Program-made: the position numbers and the translations under genes
Shown: positions 58,698-64,000 of the stretch, in pieces
Layout: every line of letters begins with the position of its first letter
How positions within the stretch are numbered: position 1 is the first letter of the stretch
The notes under the pieces: model-generated
Told to the model about the DNA's origin: nothing
The model's database searches: none
The model's input: the letters and a program-made list of their open reading frames with translations, nothing else
Assembly: GCA_965153355.1 (NCBI GenBank)
Contig: OZ231126.1
Location: 22,506,001 to 22,570,000, forward strand
Origin: Flaccisagitta enflata
Lineage: Eukaryota
Direction of reading: 5' to 3'
DNA length: 64,000 bases

Positions 58698-60539
58698 ATG
58701 GCGCCCAGCAAAGTTGACAATGAAAGTGGAGAGAATAAAGATGAAAATGAAAATTCAATGCCCAACATTTATGAAAATTTAGTGGACGGGCGCATGAAAA
58801 AGCACGTCAAATCAGAACAACAAACAACTAATGATAAAAAACAGACAAGCAAGAAGACCTACAAATGTAAAATCTGTCCATCCAGTTTCTCCAACAAAAC
58901 CGCTCTGAGTGTACACCATAGGATACATTCTGGAGAGAAACCGTTTAGATGTGACATCTGCTCTTTAACCTTTTCTGTGGAAGGAAACATGGTAAAGCAC
59001 AAACAGAGGCACACTGACGAAAAACAACATCAATGTGACTCTTGTCCATCCAAATTCAGTCATTCTGGGGCGCTGAAAATTCACAAATTAATCCACACCG
59101 GAGAAAAACCTCACAAATGTAACTTTTGCCCAGCCAGTTTTTCACAGATTGGTAATCTAAAAAGGCATATTTTGATACACACTGGAGTGAAGCCATTTAA
59201 ATGCGATGCTTGTCCATCTAGTTTTAAATCTAAAAGTGAAATGATACAACATACACGTATCCACACTGGGGAAAATCCATTCAAATGTGACCTATGTCCT
59301 TCTTCCTTTGCTGTAGAAGGTAATTTAGCAAAACATAAGCAGAGACACTTGGGAGTCAAACGTTACAAATGTGACATCTGCCCAAAGGCATTCTACACAA
59401 AAAGTAAGTTACAAGAGCACGTAAGGACGCATACAGGAGAGAAGCCTTTTGAATGCGATCTGTGCCCATTTACTAGTCGCACAAAGAGACATCTTACCAT
59501 ACACACTGCAACCCATAGCAAGGAAAAGCCTTTCAAATGTGATGACTGTCCTTCCACTTTTAAGACCAGTGGGTACCTACGAGCACACAAAAAGATTCAT
59601 ACCGGAGCCAAACCATTTGAATGTGAAAGCTGCTCGCGAGCTTTTTTAACAAAGCCCCAGTTGACAAAACATATGAGAACGCATACGCAAGAGAAACCGT
59701 ACAAGTGTGACACATGTCCATATGCTTGCAAGGAGGCTCCCGCTCTGACTAGACATAAGAGAATCCACACAGGCGAAAAACCTTACAAATGTGCGCATTG
59801 TCCTTCTGCTTTTGCTCAATCAAACAATCTCTTGGTTCACACAAGATCACATACAAATGAAAAACCCTTTAAGTGCGACCACTGCCCTTCTGCTTTCACC
59901 ATGAAGAGTCACATGAACATACATGTAAGAACGCACACTGGAGAAAAGCCATATCAATGCGACAAATGTCCATTCCGTTTTGCAGACAGAAGCGCGTTAA
60001 ATAGACACAAAACAACTCATTCATCTGCGAGACCTTTCAAATGCAGCCTTTGTCCATCTGCCTTCGCCATTAAGAGTCGTCTTACGCTACACATGAGAAC
60101 TCACACTGGGGAAAAGCCATACAAATGTGATCACTGTCCGTCAACTTTTGCAATTAAATCAAGTTTCAATAAACACACGAAAACTCATACCAAAGGAAAG
60201 TTAGAAAAATGCGATTTCTGTTCATTTCATAGCTCAGATGAAGCCGCTATGACTAGACACAATGAGATTCATAATGATGAAAAAAAGTACAAGTGTGACC
60301 TGTGTCCCAAAGCTTTTGTGCGAAAATTCTATCTCATAAGACACGCGAAAACCCACTCTGGAGAAAAATCTTATAAATGTGAATTATGTCCGTCTGCTTT
60401 CACTCAAATAGGTTCTCTTAAAATTCACAAGAGGATGCATTCCGGGGAGAAGCCATTCAAATGTGAATTATGTCCATCCGATTTCACTCAAAAACATAGT
60501 CTTGATTATCACAACCGAACCCATTCGAAGAAAAAGTGA
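58698..60539 (+). CDS. Single-coding-exon tandem C2H2 zinc-finger protein, 613 aa, 20 fingers, no effector domain seen
   Basis: 20 contiguous CxxC-x12-HxxxH units with TGEKP-type linkers after a 54-aa leader; ATG at 58698 just after a polypyrimidine/AG acceptor. Confidence 0.93.
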   Translation: MAPSKVDNESGENKDENENSMPNIYENLVDGRMKKHVKSEQQTTNDKKQTSKKTYKCKICPSSFSNKTALSVHHRIHSGEKPFRCDICSLTFSVEGNMVKHKQRHTDEKQHQCDSCPSKFSHSGALKIHKLIHTGEKPHKCNFCPASFSQIGNLKRHILIHTGVKPFKCDACPSSFKSKSEMIQHTRIHTGENPFKCDLCPSSFAVEGNLAKHKQRHLGVKRYKCDICPKAFYTKSKLQEHVRTHTGEKPFECDLCPFTSRTKRHLTIHTATHSKEKPFKCDDCPSTFKTSGYLRAHKKIHTGAKPFECESCSRAFLTKPQLTKHMRTHTQEKPYKCDTCPYACKEAPALTRHKRIHTGEKPYKCAHCPSAFAQSNNLLVHTRSHTNEKPFKCDHCPSAFTMKSHMNIHVRTHTGEKPYQCDKCPFRFADRSALNRHKTTHSSARPFKCSLCPSAFAIKSRLTLHMRTHTGEKPYKCDHCPSTFAIKSSFNKHTKTHTKGKLEKCDFCSFHSSDEAAMTRHNEIHNDEKKYKCDLCPKAFVRKFYLIRHAKTHSGEKSYKCELCPSAFTQIGSLKIHKRMHSGEKPFKCELCPSDFTQKHSLDYHNRTHSKKK

Positions 60540-60823
60540 TTTCTTTTCTTGCGTTATATCCGATAATTGAAAATGGCTGGTTAAAACGGTGATGAAATAT
60601 TCTAACAGACATACTGCTCTCGAATTACGCATAGATATGAAAACAAGGCCGGATACACGGCTACCCCAGTCGCTTGCGGGTAGGCAGGGGCCATATTCGA
60701 GGTCACCAGAGCATTTGGGCTGGAGCAGTACGGTCAAAGAATAAAGAACATAAAAAAAGTAAAATGTGACCAACAGACAGACCAACAGACCGACCGACGG
60801 ACAGAGCGGGGTGTAGAGTCGCG

Positions 60824-61155
60824 CAGGGTGGCAGAAAATTCTAAAGGTCCAAGGCACAAGTTTTCGCAGCGCTATAAGTCCGACTTTTAAAGATCAACTA
60901 TAATAATGAAAATATTGCATAAAACTACTAGTTTTCTGTATTTTTCTTTTCAATTCATGGAAACTAAGAGTTCCTACAACAAAAGTAAAAGTGATCGAAA
61001 CTAATACCCTATTTATCCTTCTGATTTTTCCATTTTCCGCCTACTTTTCTCTTCTTTTCCCTAATTTTTTTCCATTATCAAATCTATAAGTCCGACTTTT
61101 GTGCTATAGTTCCGAGGCACAATGTGCCAAGTGTGCCCCTGTTTCTGCCACCCTG
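60824..61155. mobile_element. hAT-like MITE nested in a family-A element
   Basis: 14-bp TIR cagggtggcagaaa/tttctgccaccctg; 8-bp TSD gagtcgcg at 60816-60823 and 61156-61163. Confidence 0.9.
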
Positions 61156-61394
61156 GAGTCGCGTAGCACGCTACTAAAAACGATGAAGAGAGAATATCCT
61201 TCAGATATTTGATATCTATCCTTAAGTAAGGGATTTTCTATTTGTTATGTACTCAACTTTTCGGCTGACGCGCTACCTGTAAAGAAAAAGCCACAATGGT
61301 AAAAAGTCCATACGCATATCCATGCATTTTCGAGTAAGTCTGCTCTGAACAGACATCGACGAACTCACGTGAAAGAATTTCAGCGTATAAGTTA

Positions 61395-62477
61395 CAGTGG
61401 ACTACTGCCTTATCGGCACCTGATATAACAGCATTTCTGATTTAGCAACCACAATGCCTTGGTCCTAAAATGTAATAGGCATTTTCAATGTTAATTTTTC
61501 CTGATTTAACAACACCTGATTCAACTGCCAAACCTGATTTACAGTTTTTTTTTTGTCCCATTGAAAATTTACACCTGATTTAAAGGTATTGATATATATC
61601 TAAATTATTCAAATTAACCAATATTTAACATCACAAGAATGAAGAATGAAGAAATTTATACGTATTTATACAAGGCCGGATACACGGCTACCCCAGTCGC
61701 GTGCAGGTGGGCAGGGGCCATATTTGAGGTCAGTGGAGCATTTGGGCAGGAGCAGTAAGGCCAAAAACCCCATTAACGCCGAAAAAGTAAAGTGAGACGG
61801 ACCAACGGACTGACGGACGGACCGACGGATGGACCGACGGACTGACAAAGCGGGGTGTAGAGTCGCGTAGCACGCGACTAAAAATCATATAAGTGTATGG
61901 AATAGGAATTAAAAAAATATATAGATAATGGGAAAAAAATTCTTATTACTTTTGTTAGAGTAAGATTTAAATCAAAATCGATTTTTAAGTATTAAGGTAT
62001 TTTTTGTTGCGTGCATGGAACTCAATAATCTGCTATGTTGGTCAGTCTGTCCGTTGGTCAGTTGGTCACCGTTTGCTTTTTCAGCGTTTTTGGCATTTTT
62101 GGGCACTCCTGCCCATATACTTGAGTTAGCTTTTTTCATCACTGTCCCTGCCTATCCACACGCAACTTTGGTAGCCATGTATCCGGCATTGTTTCCTAGT
62201 TGAATAGTCTTGGTATTTTATATACAATAATGCATCATGAATATATCAAAGCAGGAGTATCAAAGGCTGTATCTGTAAATCTCTTGCTCTGTTTGCTAAA
62301 TGCAAAAATGCCTAACCACTGCAATTCATTCAGCATTTATGTTCGCTTATTTGATTTTACATCAGTTTTCTTTTACAAGAAAAAACATCAAAAATTGGTA
62401 ATTCGATTTAACAACATTCAGATTTAACAAGCAAAATTCCCCAGTCCCTTTGAAACCGTTATATTGGGTTTCCACTG
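61395..62477 (+). mobile_element. Tc1/mariner-type non-autonomous element with two nested family-A elements
   Basis: ta|cagtggactac…gggtttccactg|ta; homologous to 3773-4604. Confidence 0.78.
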
Positions 62478-62532
62478 TATTTTCAAATATATCGCTTCAT
62501 AGTCATCTCCCATAAGTTGTGATGTAGAATTC

Positions 62533-62633
<101 letters not shown>

Positions 62634-63250
62634 CACAATGTGAATAGCCGTTTCTGTACTGTTTCAATGATTGTATCTATCAATGGTATTTTATTTTGAT
62701 AAAGAATCAACTCTTTATTGGCCCATTTTGCTTTTTTCTACCAACTTTGCCGGATTTATTCCTTCATCACTTACTCCATCATGTCCAATTTTCGATATGT
62801 TCCATATCACCTCCCCACTTATTTCTTGATTCTGTCCCGTCCCCAGTCGGTCTGGCCCAACATGTCGCAAATCTTTCAACCTTGTGTTCCTCTTTCTCTC
62901 TTTCCTCTTGCTCCTCTTCTTCCTCATTCACTTATTCTATTCTCTGTTTCCATTGCTTCAATTGCTCATCCTCCTCCTCCTCCTCCTCCTCCTTCTCCTC
63001 CTCTTCCTTTTCCTCCAGCGTCGCCTTTTTTGAATTTGCCTCAAATCGTGAGCTGAATTTTTCCTGCGTCGACCTGGAAAAAAAAATACACAACAAACCA
63101 GCGGCGATGTCACGTAACAAAAACGACGACAACAACAACAACAACAACAGCAACAACAGCAACAACAGCAACAACAATAACACCACCACCACCACCACCA
63201 CCACCACCACCACCACCACCACCACCACCACCACCACCACCACCACCACC

Positions 63251-63324
<74 letters not shown>

Positions 63325-64000
63325 AACAACAACAATAACAACAACAATAACAACAACAATAACAACCACAATAACAACAACAATAACAACAACAATAACA
63401 ACAACAATAACAACAACAACAATAACAACAACAATAACAACAACAATAACAAGTGCAACAGCATCAACAGATAACAATTAAGACGCAAGATGACAAACCA
63501 AAATGCAAAATTACACAAAACGTAAGCCAACAACAAAATTCAAGCCATCAACAAAACGCAAGCCAACAACAAAAACCCAAGAAAAGAAAAACAAAAAAAA
63601 AAAAAAAAAAAAAAAACAAAACAAAACAACAACAACAACAATTACAATCAAAAACAACAATTACAACCAAAAACAACAATTACAACCAAAAACAACAATT
63701 ACAACCAAAAACAACAACAGAAGCAACGACAACTACAACAACTACAACAACCATAACATCACCAACAACGACAAATACCATAATGAAAACTGACAAAAAC
63801 AATGACAATAAAACTGTAACACAACAGCGACTAAACGTTTCTTGTAACAAGGGAGTTTCATCGACAAATGACTGTCTGAGATCCTCCTATGCCCTCTTCC
63901 CTCCCAGTTAACCGGCATTACTCACTTAAACTGATGTACTGATATACACCTCACACCCACCTCATCTCACCAAAGACAAACACAGAACCGAAAAAAAAGT

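Overview
Repeat- and microsatellite-rich animal (invertebrate) genomic DNA. The window opens in what reads as the end of the first coding exon of a central Hox gene (…TPFYPWMGIVG then a GTAAGT donor; Ubx/Lox2/Lox4-type). I could not find its homeobox exon in the following 64 kb. On the minus strand is a 3-exon DNMT3-family DNA cytosine methyltransferase (predicted 2078 aa; exons 54848-54764, 53695-48720, 24997-23822). Its catalytic domain is split by a 23.7 kb intron. It has no recognisable PWWP or ADD domain; instead it carries a ~1660-aa low-complexity N-terminus with ~13 copies of an amphipathic-helix motif, several SIM-like motifs and a PxVxL-like motif. Head-to-head with it, across a promoter-like island (ETS-CRE, NRF1-like, E2F-like motifs), is a 20-finger C2H2 zinc-finger gene with no effector domain. 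The large DNMT3 intron holds a Penelope-like retroelement with an uninterrupted RT + GIY-YIG ORF, a candidate -1 frameshift site, a 3' hammerhead ribozyme and (GAAT)n flanks. The rest is nested non-autonomous DNA transposons (hAT-, Tc1/mariner-, Chapaev/CACTA- and Transib-like), Helentron/DINE-like elements and micro/minisatellites. All calls were made by eye; no searches were run.
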